From assembly GCA_002344895.1 (NCBI GenBank), contig DDUR01000061.1, forward strand, positions 45,879-109,878: a DNA stretch of 64,000 nt, given 5' to 3'. The translations under genes were made by a program, and so were the position numbers. This stretch comes from Ignavibacteria bacterium UBA2333 (GTDB lineage Bacteria > Bacteroidota > Ignavibacteria > Kapaibacteriales > Kapaibacteriaceae). Every line of letters begins with the position of its first letter. Position 1 is the first letter of the stretch. The notes below the pieces were generated by a model. It saw only the letters and a program-made list of their open reading frames with translations, had not been told where the DNA came from and did not search any database. Shown piece by piece: positions 39,984-50,001 of the stretch.

Positions 39984-40012
39984 AATACCCTCTCTCCGTA
40001 CATTTCTGAGCC

Positions 40013-40876
40013 ATGAAAACTTTACTCCGCAGAGCACTTCGACTTCTCCTCAAGCCAGTCTTCCGATTCTTTCCAAGAGAACATGGTAAATACAGCCTAT
40101 TGACCCGGCTGTATTTCCCTTTCGCTGCTCCTACACACCCACAGATTGTAATCGCTCGGCTTCGTCATGGATTCAAGATGTATTTGGACATTTCTGAGTA
40201 TCTGCAATCGTATATGTACATGTTTGGCGCTTACGAACTGCCGACAGTAAAGCTCATTCGCAATACATTTCAAGGGGAATCATCGTTTCTGGACATCGGC
40301 GCACAAATGGGCTACATCACACTCGAAGCTGCAGTTGCCAACAAACGTGGGCACGTTTTTGCCTTTGAACCAGAGCCTGCAAATTTTACTAGGTTGATTG
40401 ACAACATCTCAATTAACTCGATTAACTCAATTCGGACCTACAATACTGCGCTAGGCGCAACAACAGGAGACCTCGACCTCTATCTCGCTGAAGCTAACAG
40501 TGGAGCCCACTCAGCATTCCAATCGAATGCTAATGTGTCAGAAAAAAAGGTACGAGTTCCGATGCGTACACTCGACAGTATTGTGGAACAAGACTCGATC
40601 AAGGACATCTCGATGATTAAGTTAGATGTCGAAGGATATGAACTTGAGGTTCTTCGGGGAGCGACTCAGGTCTTACGCCAACATAAACCTATGCTTATTG
40701 TCGAACTAAATGATGAGATCCAGCAGGCGGCAGGAAGCTCGTCATCTGGAGTGAAGCAACTACTAGGTAGCTTCGGTTACCAACCTCACTACATATTAGA
40801 AGATGGCAGGATAGGGGACATTGTAGGGGCAACGAACCATCTCAACGACAACGTTGTCTTTGTTTGTACCAAGTAG
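40013..40876 (+). CDS. FkbM-family SAM-dependent methyltransferase
   Basis: FLDIGAQMGYITLEAA (SAM motif I), VFAFEPEPANF, and ...MIKLDVEGYELEVLRGA..., all typical of FkbM-family enzymes in polysaccharide loci. Confidence 0.7.
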   Translation: MKTLLRRALRLLLKPVFRFFPREHGKYSLLTRLYFPFAAPTHPQIVIARLRHGFKMYLDISEYLQSYMYMFGAYELPTVKLIRNTFQGESSFLDIGAQMGYITLEAAVANKRGHVFAFEPEPANFTRLIDNISINSINSIRTYNTALGATTGDLDLYLAEANSGAHSAFQSNANVSEKKVRVPMRTLDSIVEQDSIKDISMIKLDVEGYELEVLRGATQVLRQHKPMLIVELNDEIQQAAGSSSSGVKQLLGSFGYQPHYILEDGRIGDIVGATNHLNDNVVFVCTK

Positions 40877-40919
40877 CAGCCACACGGACTAGAGCAATGT
40901 CGTCATCCTCAAGTCCGCT

Positions 40920-41939
40920 TCATCGTAACACCGACATAATGCTACGCAGCTTCTCCCGGCGATTTTCAGCCGAGAACTGCAATGCGAACTGTCGCGATTC
41001 TTGGCGGGTAGCAATTGACGTCGTGGCGTGAGCACGCTCAATCAATGCAGCAAGCTCGGAGTCTGTGTCACCACGGTAACCAACAGTACCAGTTACCTCA
41101 GGTAGCGCTCCACCATTCGTTGTCACCGGTATACAGCCGCACAGCATTGCCTCAACGACTGCCATACCAAAGGTTTCCTCAATACTAAATTGACAGTAGA
41201 CCGTGGCACGTTGGAACATGGGTATGATGGTGCCGTGTAACGACACAAATCCTGGTACTATACTAATGTTAGGAATGTTGGCGGAATCCTTCTGTGCTTG
41301 CTCTAATGCCGCTCCGGTTGGGCCAACGATTACAAACGATATCGAAGGGCACATTCGAGCAACGTTGATGAATCTGGGGAGGCCTTTGCGGATGTATTCC
41401 ACAATGGTATCGCCTTGGCTCACAGTAATAGCAAGAGCATCGCGTTCGTTGTTAATGTTCTCCGGAAACTGATCTCGAAGGACACCATTGTATACGACGT
41501 GATGAGGAGCTGTCTTTCCTTCCGTTAACATTTGGAGTTGCCGATTGGCATAGACACTTACCGGCAGGACTAAGGTTGCTACGCGGAATGTTGTTCGGAC
41601 ACACCACCAGCGGAGTGGACGTACACGAGCTCCATATCCGATCTCGGGAAGATATCCAACGTCGTACCCCCCAGCCACTACAACGACCCGTGTCCGGGTG
41701 ATACGAGCTACGAGGGCCGGTAGAACAGTGTGATAGTCAGCAAACCAGCAATACAGAATGTCCGTCGTGGGAAGTCGTAGTATAATCCGAAGCACCATAA
41801 AGCCAAGACGAAGAGCACCCTTTAGTCCCCTTCCAACAACACTGTCAATTGTGTCAACTGCTCCCAGGTCCGAGAGACCAGCAATATCAGTTTTAACGAA
41901 GGTGCTCCGGAGCGGCCCAACGACGAGGATACGCTTCAC
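40920..41939 (-). CDS. Glycosyltransferase family 4 (GT-B, retaining type)
   Basis: C-terminal E-x7-E motif EETFGMAVVEAM, and a GT-B two-Rossmann layout. Confidence 0.7.
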   Translation of the reverse strand: MKRILVVGPLRSTFVKTDIAGLSDLGAVDTIDSVVGRGLKGALRLGFMVLRIILRLPTTDILYCWFADYHTVLPALVARITRTRVVVVAGGYDVGYLPEIGYGARVRPLRWWCVRTTFRVATLVLPVSVYANRQLQMLTEGKTAPHHVVYNGVLRDQFPENINNERDALAITVSQGDTIVEYIRKGLPRFINVARMCPSISFVIVGPTGAALEQAQKDSANIPNISIVPGFVSLHGTIIPMFQRATVYCQFSIEETFGMAVVEAMLCGCIPVTTNGGALPEVTGTVGYRGDTDSELAALIERAHATTSIATRQESRQFALQFSAENRREKLRSIMSVLR

Positions 41940-42697
41940 AGTTCAAATCCGAACGACAACAATCGTTGATATTCATCAAAGTTTGTAAGCTCGTAGTGCA
42001 ACGGCGTCACTGCGGCGAATCCTTCACCAACAAGTGCATCATCGGCATCGTCGAGTCTGCTGATTGTCACAAACTTGCCTGTTAACCAATAGTATGGCCT
42101 GCCCTGAGGGTCGCGGCGGACTTCATATCCATCATCCCACGAGTTATGACCTTGTCGTGCAAGACGTATTCCGCGGAACTCATGACGTGGGATGGCTGGC
42201 ACGTTGACGTTCAGTAGCGTTCCCTGTGGAAGCTGAAGTTGTAGCAGCCGTCGCGCCACGGCTTCCGCAACATCCGCAGCCAAGCTCATATCTGCACTGT
42301 GATCAAAGTCACAGAGTGATACGGCCATGGATGGGATCCCCATCAGGGTTCCTTCGGTAGCAGCACTGACGGTGCCCGAATAGATTGCGTTAACGCTTGT
42401 ATTGCTACCATGATTAATACCACTGACAACAATGTCGGGCCTGTGTTCCAGTAAGGTGCTGACGCCAAGCTTCACACAGTCTGCGGGGGTGCCATTAATC
42501 GCCCATCCGAACATGCTGCCATCTCGGTAAAACGGCGTAGCCCGTAGGGGCGAAGCAACCGTGAGGGCGTGCCCAACAGCACTTTGCTGCCGATCAGGTG
42601 CTACGACGTCAACATCTCCAAGTCGGCGCATCGCACCAACGAGCGCATGGATTCCCGGAGAATCGATGCCGTCATCGTTTGTAACAAGGATGCGCAT
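41936..42697 (-). CDS. surE: 5'/3'-nucleotidase SurE
   Basis: MRILVTNDDGIDSPGI and ...SGINHGSN..YSGTVSAA motifs. Confidence 0.95.
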   Translation of the reverse strand: MRILVTNDDGIDSPGIHALVGAMRRLGDVDVVAPDRQQSAVGHALTVASPLRATPFYRDGSMFGWAINGTPADCVKLGVSTLLEHRPDIVVSGINHGSNTSVNAIYSGTVSAATEGTLMGIPSMAVSLCDFDHSADMSLAADVAEAVARRLLQLQLPQGTLLNVNVPAIPRHEFRGIRLARQGHNSWDDGYEVRRDPQGRPYYWLTGKFVTISRLDDADDALVGEGFAAVTPLHYELTNFDEYQRLLSFGFEL

Positions 42698-42699
42698 GA

Positions 42700-44064
42700 T
42701 TACCGTGTAATGTCGAGATAGAGAACAAAGGCCATCAGCGCTAGAAGGAGAGCCATACCAACCTGTTGGAAACGAATCTTTACCATCGTTGGGATTTCAC
42801 GACGAATGATTGATTCAATTCCAACAAAAACGAGATGACCGCCGTCGAGTCCCGGAAGCGGTAACAGGTTCATAACGGCCAACGAAATGCTGATGAGGCC
42901 CATAAATCGCAGGAATGGCTCCATTCCAAGTTCCCTAGAACGTTCGGCCATCTTGGCAATCTGGAGTGGGCCTCCAAAACTTTGTTTGACAGATACCGTG
43001 CCTTGGAAAACCATGGCAACACTGCGCCCGATCATAACAACTGTTGATCCCACATCCGAAAACGATCTTGAAAAGGACTGTGCCAGTCCAAAGGTTGTGT
43101 GATGCATAGGCCCGTCATACTTTGCACCGGTTTCAATTCCAATCAAGCCGTCATTTCCTACAGTTACCACGATGGGGCGTACGGAATCCTTGCGCTCAAT
43201 GTGAAGTGTTACCTGCTTTCCTGGATGGGCATTCACGTATTGCGTCAACTGTCGCGTAGCGTTGATGGACACGCTGTCAACAGCAAGTATCACGTCCCCA
43301 GGCTCTAGTCCGGCTTTCTCTGCTGGTCTCCCCGAGATGACGCCAGCAACTACAGTCTTCATTCCCGATGGAATGATACCAAGCCCCATACCAGTGGAGA
43401 GGTGGGAATGCAGGTCTGCAGAATTGACCGTGATATTCCGCGCCCCTTTTGATCCAACAACGGAGATTGTCACAACATCTTGAGCTGCGTCCGCGAGCCG
43501 CTCCGTGATCTCATTCCATGTCGTTACGCCTTGTCCATCAATAGCAACTATTTTATCACCAGCTTCAAGACCTGCTCGTTGAAAGGGTGAAGACTTTTCA
43601 ACGTGTGATACACTTGTCGTCGCCAGTCGATCCTCTCCATAGACATATGACATCATGGTGAATACGCCAATGGCGAACAGGATATTCATGGCAACACCAG
43701 CCACTAAGACAAGGGCCTTCTGCCAGTTTTTCTTGGACCGGAATTCATAGTGTTCAGGAGCGCGATCTTTAAAATCTGTGTCAAACGACTCGTCAACCAT
43801 ACCAACGATTTTTACATATCCGCCAATAGGAAACCAGCAGATTCGATAGTCCGTATCGTCACCGAGTTCGAGATTGTCAGGGAGCTTCCCGAATGTGAAT
43901 CCAGTTCGTCGGTTCCACCCCATCATTCTCGGTCCCATACCAAGCGCAAAAACGTCAGCCCTCATACCGGTCCATATGGCCGTGAGGAAGTGTCCTAGTT
44001 CGTGTACAAAAACGAGTACGCCGATGACGAGGAGGAAGGAGAGTATGGTTGTGAGGAGTTCCAT
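42700..44064 (-). CDS. rseP: RIP site-2 metalloprotease RseP
   Basis: HELGHF zinc motif in TM1, two PDZ-like regions (GLEAGDKIVAIDG, GLEPGDVILAVDS) and a C-terminal NLLPLPGLDGGH motif. Confidence 0.9.
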   Translation of the reverse strand: MELLTTILSFLLVIGVLVFVHELGHFLTAIWTGMRADVFALGMGPRMMGWNRRTGFTFGKLPDNLELGDDTDYRICWFPIGGYVKIVGMVDESFDTDFKDRAPEHYEFRSKKNWQKALVLVAGVAMNILFAIGVFTMMSYVYGEDRLATTSVSHVEKSSPFQRAGLEAGDKIVAIDGQGVTTWNEITERLADAAQDVVTISVVGSKGARNITVNSADLHSHLSTGMGLGIIPSGMKTVVAGVISGRPAEKAGLEPGDVILAVDSVSINATRQLTQYVNAHPGKQVTLHIERKDSVRPIVVTVGNDGLIGIETGAKYDGPMHHTTFGLAQSFSRSFSDVGSTVVMIGRSVAMVFQGTVSVKQSFGGPLQIAKMAERSRELGMEPFLRFMGLISISLAVMNLLPLPGLDGGHLVFVGIESIIRREIPTMVKIRFQQVGMALLLALMAFVLYLDITR

Positions 44065-44103
44065 GTCGTAACTGACGAGAGAAGAGCTGGCGAGGAGGAT
44101 GAT

Positions 44104-45264
44104 TTACGCGTCGATGTCTGCCGCAATACGGCGAGCCTCGGCATCCGTTGCAAGAATGTCGGACAAGGACGTTTCATCGACGTGATTCATGCGCGAGAGT
44201 GTTTTTTCGATGATGGCGGGAATTGATGTAAACGGTATGTGACCGTCGAGAAACCGAGAGACAGCAATTTCATTCGCTGCATTCACAATACACGGGGAAT
44301 TCCCCTCCGCACGTAAGGCCTCATAGGCGATACGTAAACATGGGAATCGCTCGAGGTCGGGACTTTCAAACGTCAGCGTTCCAATCTCGGCAAGATTCAT
44401 CCTCGGAGTATCAAGAGGAGCATGCCGAGGATACGTGAGGGCATACTGAATTGGTACAAGCATCGACGGGAGCCCCATTTGCGCCTTTACTGATCCATCG
44501 ACAAACTCTACCATGCTGTGAATGATACTCTGCGGATGAATGACTACGTCAATTCGATCAACGTCGATATCAAACAGCCAACGTGCTTCCATCACCTCGA
44601 AGCCCTTGTTCATAAGTGTCGCTGAGTCGATGGTAATCTTCCGACCCATAGACCAGTTGGGATGACGTAAGGCACGATCTACCGTAACGTGTTGTAACTC
44701 GTCCTGGGGAAGGGCGCGAAAGGGGCCTCCACTGGCCGTGATCACAAAACGCTCAACATCTGCAAGTTGTTCACCACACAGACATTGGAGGATGGCGGAA
44801 TGTTCTGAATCAACGGCAAGGAGTGTTGCACCATGGTCACGCGCAGCTGCCATGATAACTCCCCCTGCACTCACCAGAGTTTCCTTATTTGCGAGTCCAA
44901 CAACGTGTCCTGAGCGGATTGCGGCAAGCGTGGGGACGACACCACTGAAGCCTACCATGGCTGACATAACGATGTCGTTGTCTGTGTCGGCGGCGGCTTC
45001 ACAGAGTCCTTCCTCACCACACAAAACCGGACCAGTAAACTCCGGGAGTAGTTCAAGGAATCGACTACGAGCCCACTCTTCGCGAATGGCTACTCCGTGA
45101 GGACGGAACTGACGGACCTGATCTGCGAGTTCTTCAACCCGAGTATTACAGGTCAGCCACTTAATAGTCCAATCGTCAGCTGATCTCTGAATTACGTCAA
45201 GTGTCTGCGTTCCGATGGATCCGGTGGAGCCGAGAATGGTCAGTGTTCGACGTGTCACTCGCAC
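44104..45264 (-). CDS. dxr: 1-deoxy-D-xylulose-5-phosphate reductoisomerase
   Basis: LGSTGSIGTQTLDV NADPH motif, LANKETLV, TASGGPFR and NKGFEVMEA. Confidence 0.95.
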   Translation of the reverse strand: MRVTRRTLTILGSTGSIGTQTLDVIQRSADDWTIKWLTCNTRVEELADQVRQFRPHGVAIREEWARSRFLELLPEFTGPVLCGEEGLCEAAADTDNDIVMSAMVGFSGVVPTLAAIRSGHVVGLANKETLVSAGGVIMAAARDHGATLLAVDSEHSAILQCLCGEQLADVERFVITASGGPFRALPQDELQHVTVDRALRHPNWSMGRKITIDSATLMNKGFEVMEARWLFDIDVDRIDVVIHPQSIIHSMVEFVDGSVKAQMGLPSMLVPIQYALTYPRHAPLDTPRMNLAEIGTLTFESPDLERFPCLRIAYEALRAEGNSPCIVNAANEIAVSRFLDGHIPFTSIPAIIEKTLSRMNHVDETSLSDILATDAEARRIAADIDA

Positions 45265-46869
45265 CTACATGTACCGTTTCGTGATATCCGTGGAGCCAGA
45301 CAGACATCGGAAATCTCCAGCTTCAATCGTGGAGTCTTCACGGAACTTCACGAACAGAAAATATGAACGTAACCACCGGCGGGTTGTTTGTGAGGCATGG
45401 CGCTCCATCCACGAGATCACAAAAGGATGAGCCGCAACCGTAACACGCATTTTCCAGGTACGCGCGCGGAAGGTGCGTAACCATCGATCAACTGCCTGTA
45501 CAGTTGTTTCTGGACTTTGAACACGTCCCGTACCATAACAAGCGGGGCAGGCCTCACTGGAACGTTCGGCCATACTCTGTCGAATTCGCTGTCGAGTAAT
45601 CTGAAGAAGACCAAGCTGTGTAATAGGATAGATCACTGTCTTCGCTCGATCACGTGCCGTTTCCTTCCTCATTTCTCCAATGAGTCGGCGACGATTGTCC
45701 TCTTGCTGCATATCAATAAAATCAACAAGGATAATACCGCCAATATCACGCAGCCTCAGTTGACGAGCAACCTCGCGAGCAGCCTCGAAGTTGGTCTTTA
45801 CGGCATTACCCTCTTGAGATCTTTCATTCGATGCACGACCCGAATTGACGTCAATCACAACCATCGCTTCCGTATGGTCGATTACGATACTGCCACCACT
45901 AGGAAGAGGCACCGTTCGCGCATGCGTCAGCTCGACATCACGCTCAATACCGTAGACATCAAAAATCGGCTTCGAATCAGTAAATAATTCAATTTTCCCA
46001 TTGAGATGCGGGGCTGTACGCTGAACATAGGCCTTAATCTCCTTGTACAGCTTGTGATCATCAACCACAACCTGCCGAACGTCATCCTTAAAGAGGTCAC
46101 GTATAACACTGTGGGCAATACCGGCTTCTTTATGAAGTAGGACAGGCCCCTTTGACCCCTTCACCAACTTTTCCATTTCCTGCCATCTCTCAACGAGATC
46201 TTCGAAGTCATTTCGAACATCGGATTCGTCGAGACCAGCTGCGGCTGTCCGGATAATGCAGCCCATACCTTCGGGCAGGATACTCTTAGCGATTGCACGA
46301 AGGCGCCGGCGCTCACGCATCGACTGAACCTTCAGGGAGACACCGATTGATTCATCAAACGGCAGAAGGACAACGTTTCGTCCAGGAAGGCCAACCTTCG
46401 TCGTGACTCTAACACCCTTACTATGGTAGGCTTCACGTGTTACCTGGACAATTACTGGCTGCCGCGGCTGAAGGTTGATGGTGATATTTCCACTACGTTT
46501 TGTACTGAACGTAGGCAACTTCTTTCCCGTTGCAGCTTTTACCGTACGGAGAGCAACTTCCGTGCTCTCTACCTGACGTGTAGTGGGCCTGTCATCGGAA
46601 GCATCTTCATCGGTGTCGGTATCATCCGTACCATCTTCCATCGTCGAATCGACGTCGCTGAAGTGCAAAAACGCATCTTGCTCCAGGCCGATATCGACAA
46701 AGGCAGCATTCATTCCCTGAAGGATCTTACTTACCCTTCCGAGATAAATATTGCCGACGTGATGTTCTGTATCGGGGGCCTCAGTAAAGAGTTCTGCGAG
46801 GCGTCCGTCCTCCGTGATCGCAATCCGGAGGTGCGTAGGCGTGCTATTGATGAGTATGCGTTGTGCCAT
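45265..46869 (-). CDS. rng: Ribonuclease G/E family endoribonuclease
   Basis: N-terminal S1 domain (GNIYLGRVSKILQGMNAAFVDIG), DNase-I-like core (VVIDVNSG) and a CPACYGTGRV zinc-link. At 534 aa it lacks an RNase E scaffold tail. Confidence 0.9.
   Translation of the reverse strand: MAQRILINSTPTHLRIAITEDGRLAELFTEAPDTEHHVGNIYLGRVSKILQGMNAAFVDIGLEQDAFLHFSDVDSTMEDGTDDTDTDEDASDDRPTTRQVESTEVALRTVKAATGKKLPTFSTKRSGNITINLQPRQPVIVQVTREAYHSKGVRVTTKVGLPGRNVVLLPFDESIGVSLKVQSMRERRRLRAIAKSILPEGMGCIIRTAAAGLDESDVRNDFEDLVERWQEMEKLVKGSKGPVLLHKEAGIAHSVIRDLFKDDVRQVVVDDHKLYKEIKAYVQRTAPHLNGKIELFTDSKPIFDVYGIERDVELTHARTVPLPSGGSIVIDHTEAMVVIDVNSGRASNERSQEGNAVKTNFEAAREVARQLRLRDIGGIILVDFIDMQQEDNRRRLIGEMRKETARDRAKTVIYPITQLGLLQITRQRIRQSMAERSSEACPACYGTGRVQSPETTVQAVDRWLRTFRARTWKMRVTVAAHPFVISWMERHASQTTRRWLRSYFLFVKFREDSTIEAGDFRCLSGSTDITKRYM
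46146..46162 (+). repeat. Bipartite C-tract motif copy (GCCCCTTTGACCCCTTC)
   Basis: Antisense within rng (VKGSKGP), in a variable segment. Confidence 0.6.
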
Positions 46870-46886
46870 CTTCTAGAAAACAAAAC

Positions 46887-46982
46887 AGCCAAGTTGACCG
46901 TGGCGCCTTGTATGCAAACTAACCGTTGCTTCCTTCCGGACCTGGCGGGGTTGGGTTCGATACAACCGCACGGGACTTGGCC
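46887..46982 (-). ncRNA. ffs: Signal recognition particle RNA (small 4.5S type)
   Basis: Minus strand contains CAGGUCCGGAAGGAAGCA, identical to the universal domain IV of E. coli 4.5S RNA, with a GGAA tetraloop and flanking symmetric loop. The 96-nt sequence folds by hand into one long imperfect hairpin: GGCCAAGU/ACUUGGCU, CCGUG/CACGG, UUGUAU/AUACAA, CGAAC/GUUUG. It is followed by GUUUUGUUUU. Confidence 0.85.
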
Positions 46983-47006
46983 GTGTTCGTTTCGATTGGA
47001 GAGCTC

Positions 47007-47014
47007 CAAATATA
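47007..47014 (-). promoter_or_regulatory. -7 box TATATTTG (TAnnTTTG) upstream of the SRP RNA
   Basis: Exact motif on the minus strand, about 25 nt before the first paired nucleotide of the SRP RNA hairpin. It lies directly after the palindrome CGGAACGTTCCG (47015-47026) that follows the hmgA stop. Confidence 0.45.
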
Positions 47015-47045
47015 CGGAACGTTCCGAAACTGTTAACGTGATACA

Positions 47046-48329
47046 TCACGGAGCTCGGAATTCCGGTTGCAGTCCTTGCCAACACTCCCAATAGTCTCGC
47101 TGGAGTTCACCACTGGACATTGCAAATGCCGTTGGTTTACACACAAAGCGCGTTTCGAACATAAAGGCGAGTGTGTTTTCGAGTTTGACGGGCGAAAGTT
47201 CTGCCGTTGTCATCCTCGTATACGTGTCAGCATCTGGACCATGACCACTCATACAGTTATGTAATGAGGCACCGCCCGGAACAAATCCTCCACCTTCCTT
47301 GGCATCATAGACGCCCTTGATGAGGCCCATGTATTCATTCATGAAGTTCCGGTGGAACCACGGTGGGCGGAAGGTGTTTTCGGCTACCATCCAGCGCGGT
47401 GGGAAGATGACGAAGTCCATGTTGGCCGTTCCGGGAATCTCCGACGGCGACGTCAGAACCGTATAGATACTTGGATCTGGATGATCAAACGTTACCGTAT
47501 TGATGCACTGGAAGTTTGCCAGATCATACTTATACGGTGCATAGTTTCCGTGCCAAGCAACTACGTTAAGTGGCGAATGATCATAAATGCCGCGCCACAG
47601 GTTTCCTTGAAACTTCGCGACCACGGAAAATCGGCCAGTTCGCTCTTCATACCATGCCACGGGCGTAAGAAAATCCCGAGGATAGGCCAATCCATTTGCG
47701 CCAATTGGACCAAGGTCTGGCAGACGTAACGGAGCACCGTAGTTCTCGAGAACATAACCTCGTGCAGGGCCAGATGTTTCTACACGGAACTTGATACCTC
47801 GAGGAATAACGCAGATTTCACCGGGTGAAAGATCGATGATGCCACACTCGGTTAAAAACCTCAGCTGACCGTGTTCAGCAACGATCAGCATTTCTCCGTC
47901 TGCATTGTAAAAAAACGTATCATCCATTGACACGTTACAGACGTAGTGGTGGATGGCAACACCGGAATGTACCGTCAGATCTCCATTCCCTGCCATGGTG
48001 CGCATACCCTGCAGGAACGTTGTTGGTGTTTCCGGTATCGGCAGTGGGTCCCAGCGAAGTTGATTCGGCGTCGTCTCAACAGCCGTAAACGGCGTCGAAA
48101 GAAAGAGTCCGTTATCAATACGAACGTAGGGTTCGTGCACAACGGATGGTCTGATTCGATACATCCACGTGCGCCGATTTACATGTCGTGGAGCCGTAAA
48201 CGGCGTTCCACTTACCTGTTCGGCATAGAGGCCGAAGGCCGGTTTTTGTGGGGAGTTTCTGCCCTGTGGGAGGGCTCCGGCAACGGCTTCAGTAGCGAAC
48301 TCATTGCCAAATCCAGTCATGTAGCTCAT
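47046..48329 (-). CDS. hmgA: Homogentisate 1,2-dioxygenase
   Basis: 427 aa, collinear with HmgA throughout ([15 protein letters not shown]..., ...[13 protein letters not shown]..., ...HGPD...). No fahA, maiA or hppD gene is nearby. Confidence 0.9.
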   Translation of the reverse strand: MSYMTGFGNEFATEAVAGALPQGRNSPQKPAFGLYAEQVSGTPFTAPRHVNRRTWMYRIRPSVVHEPYVRIDNGLFLSTPFTAVETTPNQLRWDPLPIPETPTTFLQGMRTMAGNGDLTVHSGVAIHHYVCNVSMDDTFFYNADGEMLIVAEHGQLRFLTECGIIDLSPGEICVIPRGIKFRVETSGPARGYVLENYGAPLRLPDLGPIGANGLAYPRDFLTPVAWYEERTGRFSVVAKFQGNLWRGIYDHSPLNVVAWHGNYAPYKYDLANFQCINTVTFDHPDPSIYTVLTSPSEIPGTANMDFVIFPPRWMVAENTFRPPWFHRNFMNEYMGLIKGVYDAKEGGGFVPGGASLHNCMSGHGPDADTYTRMTTAELSPVKLENTLAFMFETRFVCKPTAFAMSSGELQRDYWECWQGLQPEFRAP

Positions 48330-48392
48330 GACGGCGAATATACGTCTACGATGGCTGCGATGAATCGACGATTTCGTCGGGATGTGCCCTGA

Positions 48393-49976
48393 TCAGGACA
48401 CGCGGGTGTATTGTTCAAGATCCCGGAGGGATTCGACGAGCTTTGCCTTTCGATCCAGCCCTAATTTTTTCCGGAGTGTACTACGGTGGAGTTCAACGGT
48501 TCGATCCGTCACACCAAGTGTATCAGCGATCTCGAGTGTTGACCGACCCTCCACAAGTAAGGCGGCAACTCGTAACTCTGCTGGCGAGACGTCGGGCGCT
48601 TTTTCAAGGAGCCGACGCTGAAACTCTGGATCTGCGGCTGCCGCTTCTTCACGGAATCGTTCCCAAACGGCATCGTCCCCACGTGCCTGTCGGATAACAC
48701 GCAAGAGGTCCGAAACATCTGTTGAGGTAAGGGGCTCGCCGCGTTCGGCGAAGGGGCGCACACGACGATCGATTCCGACGGCAACTTCGCGTAACGCGCC
48801 AACACGAGCTAATGTTGTTGCGAGTTCTCGAGCAACCCGACCTGATTCTGTCCGTTTTGCTGCGACGTCGATTCCGTCTGGACGCACCGCAAGTAATCGT
48901 CGACGTTCCTCGATTGCAGCGCTGTGCAGCAATTCAAACCTTCGGCGCATTGCTGCGTGAGCTTCTGCCGTGTTGCCAACGGCAAGCTGACATCGAGCAA
49001 GTAGGTCATACGCACCCACAAGAGGTCGATGATCACCATTGTCCTCATGTCCAGCTGCACATCTACTAGCCCAGGTACATGCCTCTTCATACCTGCCTGA
49101 AGCAAGTGCACATTCTGCAAGTGCCCCATCAACAACAGCACGAAGTGCCTTTGGAAGTGTTAATGCGAGGGATTGTTCAATTGCTATAAGCTCTTCAATG
49201 TATTCAGCAGGTGAAGCCCCCATCTTGACGTCGATAAGGATATCATACACCCGTGCGATTGAACGATTGTCCTCTTTCCAGCGACTTCGGTTTAGACTGC
49301 GGTAGCGCTCGAGTTGAATCCTCGCCTCTTCGTAGTTACCACGTCCAAAATGAAAAAGTGATAGTGACCAGCTTGACGTGGTGAGGTGTTGAGGCGACTG
49401 AAGGTCAGCAGCAATGGCATCAGCTCGTTCATACACTTCAAGTGCTTCGTCATGAGCTCCAACACTTTCGAGCAAGTAACCACGAAGTGTAAGGAACGAG
49501 AACTGCAAGTCTGGTCGTCGTTCGTCAGCATACCATTCTGCTCGTGCCAACGATTCTGTTGATTCGAGGTACCGTCCCAGGTGGAAAAGTGCTACCGCAC
49601 GTTCGTACCAGAGGTGGGCAACCTGTTCACGACGTTCATCGATGTTTTCCTCGCTGAGGAAAGCATCTACAACAGCTAGCAGGTCCCGATATCGACGTAT
49701 GAGTTTAAGCGCACGACAGTAGTCAACAGCTGCACGTAGTCGTCGTTCATCTTCACCGAGGTCGTCGAACTCTTCGAGAACCTTTTTCAGCATCGGGAGA
49801 GCTTCTGCAGCTCGCCCTTCGTTGAGATAGTACCAGGCTACGCGGTGACGTGCCCGCGCACGAAACATCGGATCTACGTTTCGTTTGCGTAAAACACGGA
49901 GGATTTCCGCTTCGTATCCGGCCTCATCGGCACGGAACCGCTCAAAGAGATCCTCAAGTTCGACGTTTTCGCCCAT
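48393..49976 (-). CDS. TPR-repeat transcriptional regulator with C-terminal LuxR-type HTH (paralogue 1)
   Basis: About 400 aa of TPR-like helical repeats, a helical linker, and C-terminal ...SPAELRVAALLVEGRSTLEIADTLGVTDRTVELHRSTLRKKLG. Start set to the ATG at 49976 (MGENVE...) to avoid overlap with paralogue 2. Confidence 0.75.
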   Translation of the reverse strand: MGENVELEDLFERFRADEAGYEAEILRVLRKRNVDPMFRARARHRVAWYYLNEGRAAEALPMLKKVLEEFDDLGEDERRLRAAVDYCRALKLIRRYRDLLAVVDAFLSEENIDERREQVAHLWYERAVALFHLGRYLESTESLARAEWYADERRPDLQFSFLTLRGYLLESVGAHDEALEVYERADAIAADLQSPQHLTTSSWSLSLFHFGRGNYEEARIQLERYRSLNRSRWKEDNRSIARVYDILIDVKMGASPAEYIEELIAIEQSLALTLPKALRAVVDGALAECALASGRYEEACTWASRCAAGHEDNGDHRPLVGAYDLLARCQLAVGNTAEAHAAMRRRFELLHSAAIEERRRLLAVRPDGIDVAAKRTESGRVARELATTLARVGALREVAVGIDRRVRPFAERGEPLTSTDVSDLLRVIRQARGDDAVWERFREEAAAADPEFQRRLLEKAPDVSPAELRVAALLVEGRSTLEIADTLGVTDRTVELHRSTLRKKLGLDRKAKLVESLRDLEQYTRVS

Positions 49977-50001
49977 GTCCGAGTATCGCCAATTCCCGGA
50001 C

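Noticed and set aside
44711-44735. Motif-like GGGGAAGGGCGCGAAAGGGGCC inside dxr
   Set aside because: It encodes the universally conserved Dxr motif SGGPFR, so protein-level constraint explains it. It was not counted as a motif copy.
47015-47065. Two related palindromes, CGGAACGTTCCG (47015-47026) and CGGAATTCCG (47056-47065), at the hmgA 3' end
   Set aside because: The second lies inside hmgA coding sequence. The first, followed by TATATTT on the minus strand, is more simply a weak hmgA terminator hairpin overlapping the ffs promoter. Two short palindromes are not enough to call an operator.
46423-47094. 223-aa plus-strand ORF spanning the rng 5' end, the hmgA-rng spacer and the hmgA 3' end
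   Set aside because: It runs antisense across two well-supported genes and the SRP RNA, so it is a chance open frame.
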